From Owenia fusiformis (Eukaryota): a DNA stretch of 64,000 nucleotides. Each line of letters starts with the position of its first letter. Positions within the stretch are counted from its first letter, which is position 1. Made by a program: the position numbers and the translations under genes. This document shows positions 47,401-59,883 of this stretch, piece after piece. Below the pieces are notes generated by a model, which worked only from the letters and a program-made list of their open reading frames with translations, did no database searches and was not told the DNA's origin. Where the stretch lies: positions 22,506,001 to 22,570,000 of the forward strand of contig CAIIXF020000001.1 in assembly GCA_903813345.2 (NCBI GenBank). The letters are read 5' to 3'.

Positions 47401-47842
47401 ATAAAAAGTGTGTTTCATCCTCTATAACCGAGTCCTTACATATTTTACAAAATCGACTATTAAGATCAGTAATTGGTTTTGTATATCGGCCTCTCTCTAT
47501 CTCTAGATTGTGGGCGCTTATACGTAATCTAGTTAAATGTTTAGCGTTTGAAAGTGTCGTTTCTGAAAGGTAGTGTTCAAACCCAAAGTGCGATTTTAGT
47601 TGTTTAAATAATCTAAGTTTCCCCCCGTTCCCACTTATCAGATTCTTCCAATATACTTGGTATCTCTCTATTAATTTCTTTTTGACTTTAATAGCAAGCC
47701 TATTTGTGCTCTTCTCTATGTTTTCCTTATCTTCAAGATTCAATTCATCAGACATTTTTATTTTAATATGGCACAGTATATTTTTGAGTTGTTTGTGCCA
47801 TGTAAATGTGTTATTTGTTGAAACAAATGTTTTACTCATAAT

Positions 47843-48392
47843 ACTCCTATTCGCGATAAGAGTTCAGGTGGTAATTTACATAAATATCTCCCATGATGCA
47901 TCGCTTTGGAAGGGACAAATTTTAATTGGCCCGCGAACGAGTCTATACTCTGAACGTTTCTCAGCTTCTGACCTTCCATCAGCCCTCAAGCATAGTTATA
48001 TGATCCAATCTATTGAATAATCAGATAGATAATCGGAGATTCGAAGTAACATTATTGATATTCTTTCGATCTTCGATGAAGTCTGAGCAATTTGGGAAAT
48101 CAGTGACGTCACTGAAATTGGACGGCATTTTCAACTACAGATTTCTTCGGATTTGGGGATTACAGTTCAAAAAGCCTTGTTATATATCTTAATTACATAC
48201 ATACCTATCACTTCTGCAAATGCAACTCTACATAAATGTTTAATAAAGTCTCAGTGCGGCATTGAAAATAGCACCCCTGTGTAATCCAATGGGAAAGAAC
48301 CCGGATGTAGACGATGTTGTACCGTACACGAGAGCTCTTCAAACGAGAGTTAACTAAACTGAACGAAAACTAAACGTTATCGCGTATTGGTA
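47843..48392. mobile_element. TA-flanked MITE inserted in LINE ORF2
   Basis: Imperfect TIR TACTCCTATTCGCGATAA / TTATCGCGTATTGGTA; the ORF2 frame is interrupted exactly here. Confidence 0.75.
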
Positions 48393-49832
48393 TATTAATG
48401 AATCGTTTAGTAAACTCCCATTTGAACTCAACTCTAAATGACCGAGGTATTTGATTTGTATTTTTATAATATCGACTACCAAAGGTATTCTTCCCAATTC
48501 TCCTCTTACTGCCATGTTTGTGGCTTTTCTATGAACTCCGAGAACATATTTTTGGAACCGAATATGATTGTTTTCAATTAAAGTACTTTCGTATTTATGT
48601 TCAATATCTCGATTAGTTAGGCAGTCACGCTTGGTATATATATCATTACACCATATTTCCGACCCGTATAAAGCGACGGGTTTGATAAGTTGATCATACA
48701 ATTTCATTTTCAGTGAAGACTTCATCTCTGTGCCGCTTGTCAATTGATAAACTTTAAACATGGCTTTATTTGCTTTTTCCTTTATGTTTTGCTGGGCCGG
48801 TTTAAAAGATCCCGAAGCACTTAAGATAATTCCCAAATATGTATACCTTTGAACATTTTGTATAATTTTACCATTTATTTGAAATCGTTCTTGACAAACT
48901 TTGCCACATTTCCAGAATTTCATAATTTTTGTTTTGTCAATGTTAATTTCAAGTTTCCAGTCATCACAGAAGGATTCAAGAGTGTTTAGTTTTAGCTGCA
49001 TTCCTTCTTTACTAGTATCAAATATGACTAAATCGTCTGCGAATAGCAAACTGCTAACATGCTGAGTTTCAAGGAATGGAGATTTCCCAACATTATCAAA
49101 CTTTTTTATAATATCATTTATATATATGTTAAATAATAATGGACTGAGCGAGTCTCCTTGTTTTACACCCCTAGCACATGAAAACGATTCCGTATAAGTT
49201 GAGTGATTAAGTTTTACACACGCCGTGGCATTTTCATACATGGTTTTAATGATTTTGTAGAAGTGCCCTTTAATTCCTGACTTTTGTAACTTATACATAA
49301 GGCCTGTGTGCCATATCGAATCAAATGCCTTCTTTAGGTCCACAAAGCAGGCATAAAAATTACATTTATTTTGATGAACATGTTTGTCAATAAGAGACCG
49401 AATTATAAATATATGGTCGGTCGTCCTTGCTTTCTTCATAAAACCTGCAAGGTTTTGTGAAATAATATTATTTGATTTGACAAATGCATAAAGGCGATTA
49501 TATAGCACATTGGAGAAAATTTTCGATAAGCATTCCGAAATAAATATGCCACGATAGTTACCTGGTACTCGAGGGTCATTTTTCTTGTAAATTGGTACAA
49601 TATAGGATTCATTCCACGATACTGGGTATTGGTTATTAGATAATATTTCATTGAATATCTTGCAAATGCGAGGAATTAAAATTTGCCTTCCTGTCTTTAC
49701 CCATTCATTAGATATTCCACTTTTACCCGCAGCTTTTTTATTTTTTATTTGGTTTACTACCGTATTGATCTCTTCATATGTTATCTTGTAATTAAGTTCG
49801 TCAAAATTAGGCTCGTTTTCTAGTTTTTTCAA
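48393..49832 (-). pseudogene. LINE ORF2 reverse transcriptase domain
   Basis: RT motifs NYRGI, GF...TTDHIF, FVDLKKAFDSI, GVKQG, FADD, YTYLG; flanked by frameshifts and insertions. Confidence 0.92.
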
Positions 49833-50429
49833 TCTAATTAGAATATCGTTGTCATCATTACTGTTATTTGAAAATAATTCAGAAAAATGATTTTTCGAAA
49901 GTCTTCAAGTTTCAAAATTAGACTGTTTTTGAATCGTTTATTGCTTGACTTACATAATTTTCTATATTGTTTGAGTACATGGAAATAGGATTTTCGAGTT
50001 ATTCGTTGTTCGGTGATTTCACCAGTTGTAAACCCAATCGTCTAACGCGCTTATTCAAAACGGAACAAGAAACGTTATACCATGCTTTGTTATTCCTTTT
50101 ATTAGGTTGCGACTTTTTTCTTTTCTTTAGAGATAATGTTGCTGCTGTAATAAGTAAATCATTTAATTTATTCATACTTTCATTTACCCTGTTTTGTGGA
50201 CAGTGCTCAATAAGCTCATCCAATGAGTTTAATTTAGCTGCGATCGGCGCTGTTTGAAGAGTTTCACGAAAGACAGTTGGGGATAAGTTACCCCATTTGA
50301 ATGAATTCGCCTTCGAACTTACATGATTTTTTTTGGTGCAGATAGGATTCTTATAACGATTTTCTACTTTAAGTAACATGGAAATCATGCAATGATCTGA
50401 TAAAGAGCTTAAACTATCATGAACCTTAA

Positions 50430-51424
50430 AGTGTGCGCCCGACCCGGCTACGTATAGCACAGAGTTTATACTGGCGGATTAGACTAGTTCATTTTTTATA
50501 TGTGTGTGAAAGCTTTCTCTTATTTGCGTTTTTTCGTTTAGTACGGTTCTGTTATAATTGCAAAGGTCATATAACCGGGATAAAACAATGATTATCGTTG
50601 ACTGCCCACACACAAAACATACGTTGAGTGAACAGTACTAGTGTTATTACAAACAACAGGCTTTAGAATACAAAGCGTAGTGTGATAATAAGCTGTACAC
50701 TACCACTGCTGCATGTACATATTACTAATTTACTAGGGCTCCCAAAGAGTGGATAGGGAGGTTGTGTTTGTCACTTTTAAATTTTACATTTCAAAATTGT
50801 CATTTTACATGTCATAATTTGTTGGTTTCATTCGTTTAGCCAATCAAAACATTGTAAAACAATAAATTGTCTGTTACGTACAATCAATTTTGTTCAGTTT
50901 TGATTAGTTGTCAGAATAAAGTTACGTTCATCTGAATCCATGTATCAAAACAAAAATCCTATTTTCACTTCAAAATACTTCAGTGAGATGAAGGCTCGGA
51001 ATTGTCACATGCAATAACTTATTGTCGTATTCGTTATTTTATCTTCTCGATAGTAGCATTTAGTCGCACATTTGATGCCAGGTCACCTTGTCGCGTACCT
51101 CTTGGGGAACCCCACATTTATGTTTGTACTCATGGAAGTAAATTCCCCGGTGTAGAGAGCCACAAACTTTTCAACAGGTTCGAAATGACCAAATTCTCTC
51201 ATATATACTCTAAATATTTTATTGTTTAGCACCTACAAAGTATTGCTAATAACCATATGTAATTTCAATAAGGAAACTTATCTGGCTACATGTAAATTCA
51301 ATATCAACACTAACTGTTCTCTCAACACGTCCTGGCTTACCTTGTGGTGACAAACCCTGGATTTTCGCTATTTATAGTTTATCAACACCTGGACGCATGC
51401 GCATTTTATAGTTTATCGGGCACT
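50430..51424. mobile_element. TTAA-flanked (Kolobok-like) insertion in the LINE endonuclease
   Basis: TTAA|AGTGTGCGCCCGA...TCGGGCACT|TTAA; removing it restores RIRLFK-VHDSLSSLSDH. Confidence 0.85.
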
Positions 51425-52200
51425 TTAAATAATCTTATTCTATTCATGATTGACTGTTTTGCAAGGCAATAGTCAACAGTACTACTACCATTGTATTTAT
51501 GGCATGTGAACGAACCAAATGTGTCGCCAAAAATACGACCGTTCAATATTCTCATGTTTGTAGATTTGCATATATCAAGCAATTTGTAGCCACATTCGTT
51601 CACTTTTGAATCTTTGTTCAAACGTGAAGTTGGTACTGAGTCAATTATGTAATCATCATAAAGTGGAATTGTACTATCTCCATCACATTCAATATAATCA
51701 TTTAGAACACCGGTTCTTGCATTGAAATCTCCCATCATTATTTTGTCCCCAAGACTTGATATTTTTGATAATTCAGCTAAAAGCGTGTCAAAGGGGTCAA
51801 CCGTGTCCATGGTCTTTTTAACATAATTTGACGGGGATATGTAATTAAATCCCAGGTAGATATCATTGTTCAAACCGAAGAAAATCCTTTTCATTTTAAC
51901 CCACATTAAATCGGGCGTTGTTGATTGAATTATCTGAATTCCAGGAGTTAAATGCTTTTGTATAAATACTGCAACACCACCATGTCTTTTATTGCCGGTT
52001 TTTGAACGGTTTGAGCAAAATGACGTATACCCTTCTAGGGAGAACGAACTGCCCTTATCACCATGTGTTTCAGTCATACCTATAATGTGATGCTTTTTGA
52101 TTTCTTTCGTAAAATCAGCGTTTTCAAGCTTATTGAACATATTGTTTTTAATTCCTTGTACATTCCAACATGCAACAGATAAGTGTGATCCATTATTCAT
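51425..52200 (-). pseudogene. LINE ORF2 apurinic-like endonuclease domain
   Basis: WNVQG, GMTETH, GGVAV, YISP, GDFNAR, GSSTVDY; the frame resumes (KVHDSLSSLSDH) after the 50430-51424 insertion. Confidence 0.92.
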
Positions 52201-52743
52201 GCTACAACGTGTTTTACAAAGTCTGTCAACGATTTAGTGATATTTAATGAGTTATAACAATGTATAAAGTTCACCATATAATATTTAAAATGATATGTGA
52301 TACTTACAATACAACACGTATATACTACAATACTCTAAGACATTTTATACTATATTATCGTTATGTACTTGTACTAAGACTTAATATAAATGGTATTTCA
52401 TACCCAACACTACATGTACTTTTCAGTAATTAACAAATGGTGTGTTTAGATGGTTAGTTTCACCATCTATCAAACCACTTTCTCTGGCCTTGAAATGGTC
52501 TCTTAGGACCAAACCTTTGTGGGGGAGTGATGTTACATAGTTTCCTAATGCAATCGAGGATGTTTTTACATAAAACTGATGTACCCCTTTCGTTTGGGTG
52601 AACTCCGTCTCTGTATAAAGATGTGTTTGGGGTTCCATTTCTTCCAAGGTTGCTGTTTAGAGAGCATGTAACCTGTCGATCATCGTGATATTTGGCTTGT
52701 AGCTGGGCTGATATGGATGCTGATCTAATGTTCCATAATTCAT

Positions 52744-54288
52744 CACGGGGTACCATCGAATAATTTTGGCAACGTACCGGAGAACGACATTTTACTAAGA
52801 AATGGCAATAATTTAGCACAATATATTTTTTAACTAGAGTTCTATTTTGATTTTGACAAAAGTAAGTATTCCATGCAATAACTATTTCATTCATAAGTTT
52901 GTAGGAATTCTGTTGGAACCCAGTTCTGATCAAGTACGAAGTTATTGAAATCGGCGCAGACGGACTTTACTCCGAAAGATGGTTTTTCGATTATAACTTT
53001 TCACAACATTTAAGTATAGACTTTTGAAAAAAGTACAGAATAGTCCTTATACTTTTGAATAATTCTGTTATTTCTGATTCACACGACTCTGATTTGTTTA
53101 ATTAAAAAAAAGTTTTAAAAATATTACTTAGGAACGTAACCGGAGCTGGGAACGTAACCGGAGCAGATCAGTTGAATTATTTAATCAAAAAATTAAAATA
53201 TATGATTTAAAGCACATATACTAATTTAAAAACATACGGGATTGTTCGAATGCGTATTTATTACATTTTATTTAAAGAAAAAAAATTATCCATTGTGAAA
53301 AATTAAATTTGGTATTTACCATGCATAAGTGCAATTACCTTAGAAAGGCTATCAAACATAGAACAATCATTGTATGGAGAATGAAGTGATTAAATGTAGT
53401 AAGCAAATAATTCCATTTGATTTCACCCATTGTATTTGTTCAGCGAACTATTAGAACCCACTCTGTTATACTAATTTCGTATATATATACTGTTTATACA
53501 TACATGTAGTATACTTCTAAGACAACTTCTCTTTTTCAGGGGAAATAAAAGCATTTAAATGCTAGTACTTGTCATGTGCTCGACCAAATCGAATCAACAT
53601 ATGCTTTCTGAAATTCTTCACCTAACCCCCCCCCCCACTGCATATAAACGTAAGATGTTTGAGTGAGTGCCCGTTTATTGTTTTATGCAAAACCAGTTGT
53701 TATCCATCTTTGTTTCGATAAACCTAGGCGTGGGTCATTAAGCAAGTAAGAAAGTGAATGCTTTTTTCTAGTTAAACTACAGAACATTGCTTTTCAGTCG
53801 TTAATAGACAGTGTTCTATAATTCTATCACACCAAGTAAGCTGACATATGTGTTTGTAAATAATATATATGCTTTAAATCATATATTTTATTTTTTTAAA
53901 TTATATAATTCAACTGATCTGCTCCGGTTACGTTCCCAGCTCCGGTTACGTTCCTAAGTAATATTTTTAAAACTTTCTTTTTAATTAAACAAATCAGAGT
54001 CGTGTGAATCAGAAATTACAGAATTATTCAATAGTATAAGGACTATTCTGTACTTTTCGGAGTAAAGTCCGTCTGCGCCGATTTCAATAACTTCGTACTT
54101 GATCAGAACTGGGTTCCAACAGAATTCCTACAAACTCATGAATGAAATAGTTATTGCATGGAATACTTACTTTTGTCAAAATCAAAATAGAACTCTAGTT
54201 AAAAAATATATTGTGCTAAATTATTGCCATTTCTTAGTAAAATGTCGTTCTCCGGTACGTTGCCAAAATTATTCGATGGTACCCCGTG
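52744..54288. mobile_element. Long-TIR MITE with CAC ends and a 5-bp TSD (Transib-like)
   Basis: TTCAT|CACGGGGTACCATCGAATAATTTTGG...CCAAAATTATTCGATGGTACCCCGTG|TTCAT; TIRs ~420-480 bp; removing it restores ORF1 PPPRSDNE-LWNIRS. Confidence 0.88.
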
Positions 54289-55837
54289 TTCATTGTCGCT
54301 TCTTGGTGGTGGTAAAGATAGAACGATCTTCGTATTTCCAAGTTTCCTCTTAGTCTCATTTACCAGAGTATGCATCTCGTCGATTATGCCAGAGTCCGTT
54401 TTTTGACTATCTTTGATATCATTCTGATAACCTGGTATACTACAACATCTGGTTTCTTTAAACTTTCCAGAGATTTTCTGGCTTGTGGTATGGTGTATGC
54501 ATGTTCTAAGTAGGCGTCCATATCATGCATACGACTTGTTTTCACCAAGCTCAAAATCGAAGAACCGATAAGGGCTACTGATGGCTTCGACTTCTCGATA
54601 GAATCGATTGGCACCTCTGTTGGTTTAGGCTTACTTTGGACAGTTTTAAAGGGTTGGGTATCAGAATTATCAGCAAGAACCTTACATTGTATCTTTAGAT
54701 CACTGATCTCTTCCTGGGCCTTTGCTAGTTTCACATTATTTGACGTGATTTGTTCTGTGATTTCTTCTATTTCTCGGTTCTTACTATTAAGCTTATTTTC
54801 TATTATGTCAAGTTCTCTAGCTTTGATTTTTAGCGATCTGTTTTCCGTCTCCAGTGCAAACCTTTTTTCGTTCGAAATGTTTATCATTTTATGAAGATCT
54901 TCAATCTCTTGGTTTTTAGATTGTAGAATAGCTCTCTGGTGGTTAAGCTCACTTTGTAGCGTGCTCAGTTGTTTCGACTTGTCTAGACTTTCATTCATTG
55001 CTAGTTATTTCTCCCTCATTAGTTGTTTTATTGAATTGTCATTTTCTTTGATTACCGAATCTGCTCCTTTGTCAACCACTACTTTATCCATTAAATCAGC
55101 AAATGTTTTTTCGAGATTTTCAAGTTTAAGTAGGCGTTCAAGTATCTCCTCGTGGTTGTTTTGCATTTTGTATTCAATGTCTTCAACTTTTGTTCTCAAA
55201 CGAATGTTGTCTAAGAAACTAGATGGATCTCGCGGAGATATTGGCGTATCATGACTATCATTGATTAATTGAGAAACTGTTGCTGTAGTGTTCATTTCGT
55301 CCGTGAGGTTATTATCTGCAATTCTTATGGCATCTATCAAACCCAATTCATTTTCAGAGTCTGGATCAATGTCCGATTCGTCGAAAATATCTGATACTTC
55401 ATTGGTTTTAGTTCTCAGGTTATATCTCTTTGCCATTTTAATATCATAAACAATTCTTTACACTGGACGAAGAGTTTATAGCAGGATGACGCAACGTCAC
55501 AAGGTTTTCACATTAATTTCGAACAATTTACACTGAACGAAAAGAGTTTATAGTAAGATGACGCAACGTCACAATATTTTCTCAATATTTTTTGGGCGAT
55601 AATAGGGATATATATCAAATTTATCAAATATCTTTAAAAAACGATCTGTTTAGATTACTGTTTGTCACAAAACCCACGTGATATCATTCCTAGGAACTTT
55701 AAGTGTCTCTCAATGGTATATCTAGTCCGTTTCACTCATTATATATCACCAAAATGTTGAATTAGAACCAGTACCGCATTTTACGTCTTGCAGTTATGCC
55801 GGATTACGCTTTGGAAGTCATATACTTTGGAGATTAA

Positions 55838-56251
55838 GGACAGGGTGCATGTTGGGAAATTTTCTGCATTCCTCAATTGAGTCACATGTTATTTTTCAAA
55901 CATGAATAACTCCTTCCCCACATTGTCTACATCTTCCAAGTTTGCACAAAGAGTGCACCTTTGTGCCTAAAAAAGCCTTGTGAGAAGGTTTGTTTTGTAA
56001 AATGTATAAAAAATGAGAAAATTCAGTGAAAAAAAATTCTGAAAATTTTCTGATTTTTTTCACTGAATTTTCTTGTTTTTTATACACTTTATCAAAACAT
56101 TCTTCTCACAAGTCTTTTCTAGGCACATAAGTGCACTCTTTGTGCAAAACTGGAAGATAAAGACAATGAAGAGAAGGAGTGATTCTTGTTTGAAAAATAA
56201 CATGTGACTCAATTGAGGAATGCAGAAAATTTCCCATCATGCACCCTGACC
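55838..56251. mobile_element. Fold-back TTAA-flanked MITE, copy 2
   Basis: Highly similar to 6515-6928, with TTAA on both sides. Confidence 0.9.
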
Positions 56252-57217
56252 TTAAGTAATGGATCTTCTGAAAACATGCCAAACTTCAGCAGCATGTCAC
56301 ATATTTTATCTTCTTCCATAGATTCATGTTTTGATTTGTAAATTACCACCCCCCCCTCTATGGAATCTCGAAATGCAAGTCCAAACATCATTCTTGTTTG
56401 GACTACCCATGTGTGACCTAAGATTATACCCCGGTGCCCATCTATTCAATGCAGATATTGTCTTTGTGTTATGCCTAAACTTCTGCCACCCTTCTAACCA
56501 ATAGCATACTGGCATAGGGGTCAATCAACTTGGTTGATTGAATTTGTAGAGCCTTTTACCACATAGTTTCAATGCAAGAATCCTCGCTCAACTGCAGCAG
56601 GTACTAGTAGTTAGTGCATTTCCTCTAAGTTTACTGTGCCCCACCTTCCATAATTGTGGTGGTCATGAAATAAGGGATCATGCATTGAAATGGATCGAGA
56701 TGAAGCTCCTTATTTCCCTTTCTTTGGGCTTGGGTGAAGTATAGCAAGATTTGGACCATGTCCATGTATCACCACCAGAATGAATTTAGCCTTGTCTTCC
56801 TTGTTCAGCTCTATGAAGGATTTTAATCATTATTCAGATCTAATGTTGAGGTTAATGTCATTCTGAATCTTTTTTGAATTTCTCAAAGAGGGTTCTATTG
56901 AATACTTCAATTTTAGACCTAGTATATTAAGTATATTCAATGATTAGACCTGTTAGGTGGTTCAAATCTGCAGAAAAACTAGTCAGAATATATCATATAT
57001 TAAACCTCCGAGCTATGAAACAGTAGTAGGTACCAATGAACTCTAAGCCTGGAAATAATAAGGGTATTCTAATAGTGTACCTTAATACTGTCTGTTTAAA
57101 CCTTTATTTGTAATGATTTTCAATGATTAAGCCTCTTAGATGGTTTAAATAAACAGAGAGTCAGCTCGGAATATGTCATACATCAAACTAATCTATGAAA
57201 TCATAGCTTGTTCAATT

Positions 57218-57637
57218 TTATTATTTTGGTCAATCTTGCATATTTTGCTTTAATATTTCAGAATTATTTACTTCATTTAATGTGAATTTTGTTGTGAACG
57301 TTTAATGATAATCTGAAATTTTACAACACATGCCCCATGTGGCCACCACTCCGGCCAACGAAGCTGTTGATGACTCTCGTACACATACCATCATGGATTG
57401 CAAGCTTCTAATGAAGCTATCCACTTAAAATTGAAGAACATCTGAGAATTTGTCTGACACTAGTTTTTGGACATATGTTGTAAAGTGCTGTAGTTTTTGA
57501 CTCCATCGGCAGATTATCATGAAACTTTCACAACAAAATTCACATTGATTGAACTAAATAATTGAGAAGTTTTGAGGAAATGCAGGATTGACAAAGTTAA
57601 TTAAATTTTCTTCGGACCTGTTTTTTTGGACACCCTG
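57218..57637. mobile_element. Truncated Tc1/mariner-type insertion in the right Academ-like arm
   Basis: Absent from the left arm; ends TTTTTTGGACACCCTG|TA. Confidence 0.65.
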
Positions 57638-58989
57638 TACCAGTAGAATGAAACTAATGGTATACTTGAATTTAAGCGATTGCAGATCTATGATTTAAGA
57701 ATGAATTTTCAATGATAACACCTAAAATTGTTCAAACCACCAGAAGGCGAAGCCAGGATATATCATACATTATTTCTCTAAGCTAGAAAATTAATATTGG
57801 TACAAATATGTTCATAAATAAGAAATTATAGGGGTCTTCCGAGGGTAAACCTATAACTTATCAATTTTAGACATCATATTTCATGAATTTTTAATATTTG
57901 AACATGCTAGAAAGCTTAAATCTTCCTAAAACTCAGCTAAAATAAGTTTTATATTTTAGATTTATTCTAAAATGCCAAATATATGAACACAGAGGGATAA
58001 ATGTTAAAGCAATAGGGGTCAGTTATAGTCACAAATAAAATCAGTCCCAGCTAAAATGTCATTTTTTCTTAAATTAACTAATTTTTTTCAAGGCAATTAT
58101 CAAAGGAATTACTTTGATTCTTGCAGCATTAGTAGACCAGGTATTGAGCATTTTTCATGATTTTTTTAGCATCCATCATTGTCTAATAAAAAAGTTATGA
58201 CACGAAAAGTAAAAAATTGGTCATAAATTTGCCCCCTGGGGTACATACTTTTTGCTTTTATTCAAATTTCTTAAGGGTAATCCATATCATTCATACTTCA
58301 AATGTTTATTTTATACAATGTCCATGTATTTCACTTACAAAAACCATAAAATCAAAGTTATTTTAGGTTGGAGAATTTTTTCCCCCTGATAGGGGTGAAT
58401 TTTGGGGGTGGAGGGACTAACATGGTATTTTAAGGGTTAAATAATCATATTTCAGCTTGCCAACATGGTTTTTTGGATTCAGCATAAAAAGTTACATAAG
58501 AAACACTTGTCAGAACACTTTTAACACTAAACGCCTACCACATTTCCTCTAGATGAAAATGCGCCTTGTCTATTAGGCGAATTCATGAAAATCACTTCTA
58601 GAGATGATAAAATAATTTCGACTTTGAGACAGGGTAGATGCAAACAACCCACCCACATGTTTTTTCCGAAATGTTTTCCTGATTTTCAACCCCTTCCAAC
58701 CTTGCTTTTTTAATTTTTCTTGCATCAATATGTTGCGTTTTGACATACAGTTAATCCCTTAAAAGGAATAAATGATTCCTTTTAGATAAAGTGGAAAACA
58801 ATATTTCCCATGTTATTTTCCCATAGGAAAAATCATTGCTTTCAGCTAAGTTTGGTCACCCATAATGGGTATCTTTAAAACTGGAGGTAATGCATTGGCC
58901 TAACATATGCAATTGTTTAAATCCTCTGAAAATGGCCAAAATCAAACATATGACTGTCCAAAATCTGTTACGCTAATTTCCCTCCTCCT

Positions 58990-59760
58990 TTAAAATTCAC
59001 CGTGTTGCTGCCGTGGGAAATATGACTGCAAAAGTATGAGAGCGCAGAAATTTCACGGCGAGCGTAGAAATGTTACTGGCCGCAGAAATGATAGACCGCA
59101 AGGTCGCCGTAGGAAATGTGACTGGGATGTTATCAACAGAAATTTAAAATTCACCGTGCGGCTGCCGTGGGAAATGTGATTGCAAAAGTATGAGAGCGCA
59201 GAAATTCCACGGCGAGCGTAGAAATGTTACTAGCCGTAGAAATGATAGACCGCAAGGTCGCCGTAGGAAATGTGACTGGGGTGTAACACCCCAGTCACAT
59301 TTGTCGTACGGAGGCCATGCGTCGACCGCAGATCAATTTAATCAGTGTATTTCTGCGGCGAGCGTAGGAAAACTACGCTCGCCTTGCGGCCTCCGTGCGG
59401 CGTATTCAGTTTTTTACAGGCCGCAGGGTCGCCGTAGAAATTATAACTCGGAGTTATAATATTTGTTCATTTCTGAGGTCAACTGGCTCAACAAGATTGA
59501 ATCATTCTTTGTCAATGTTTCACGATCACTTCATTTGATATTACATCCTAGCACTATGAATAACATTTATAAATTGTCCCGATGTAAATAAAATGAAAAA
59601 AGTATTATTTATCAACAGAAATTTAAAATTCACCGTGCGGCTGCCGTGGGAAATGTGACTGCAAAAGTATTAGAGCGCAGAAATTCCACGGCGAGCGTAG
59701 AAATGTTACTGGCCGCAGAAATGATAGACCGCAAGGTCGCCGTAGGAAATGTGACTGCGG
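58990..59760. repeat. Harbinger-like MITE array (right part)
   Basis: Resumes TTAAAATTCACCGTG exactly where 44492 stopped; junction GGGTG-TAA-CACCCC at ~59283. Confidence 0.85.
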
Positions 59761-59883
59761 TTCCACTTTATTTTCAACAAGGGTGTATTTGCTAATATCA
59801 AAATAATGTTACAATTTGTATTAACTGCTGTATTCAACCATAATTTGAATGCTGTGGAATTTGTCATCTAACTTCCCTTCCTA

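Larger units (their letters stand above)
47059..55809 (-). mobile_element. Near-full-length two-ORF non-LTR retrotransposon (RTE-X-like), disrupted
   Basis: ORF1 55436-52460 has a coiled coil and an SGNH-esterase-like domain (ALIGSSIL, YRDGVHPNERG). ORF2 52200-47204 has an APE endonuclease (WNVQG, ETH, GDFNAR, TVDY, SDH), RT (FVDLKKAFDS, GVKQGDSLSP, LLFADD, YLG), RLRISAHNLEIERGRY and a CxxC..H..C knuckle. 3' GCCC-N5-GGGC hairpin, AATAAA and a (TATG)n tail at ~47059. Confidence 0.9.
44611..58542 (-). mobile_element. Academ-like DNA transposon derivative with ~2-kb inverted arms and a decayed transposase
   Basis: 44611-~46575 is the reverse complement of ~56625-58542. Minus-strand relics ILLYFTQAQRKGNKELHL..FQCMIPYF..HHNYGRWG and ALNRW (56760-56260) continue as GAQQFGQQQL...RADRNVL...RHELMSFPIALS (47058-46704); these resemble Academ transposase motifs. 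Confidence 0.65.
44493..58989. mobile_element. Kolobok-like MITE split by a 14-kb nested insertion
   Basis: TIR AGGAGGAGGGAAGTTAGCGCAACAGATTTTGGACAGTCATATGTTTGATTTTGGCCATTT at 44493; inverse ending at 58989 followed by TTAA. Inserted at the TTAA of the array unit AACAGAAATTTAAAATTCACC. Confidence 0.82.

Noticed and set aside
52460-54353. Duplicated MIRTGFQQNSY... ORF starts
   Set aside because: They come from the TIRs of the 52744-54288 MITE; only the part below 52743 is LINE ORF1.
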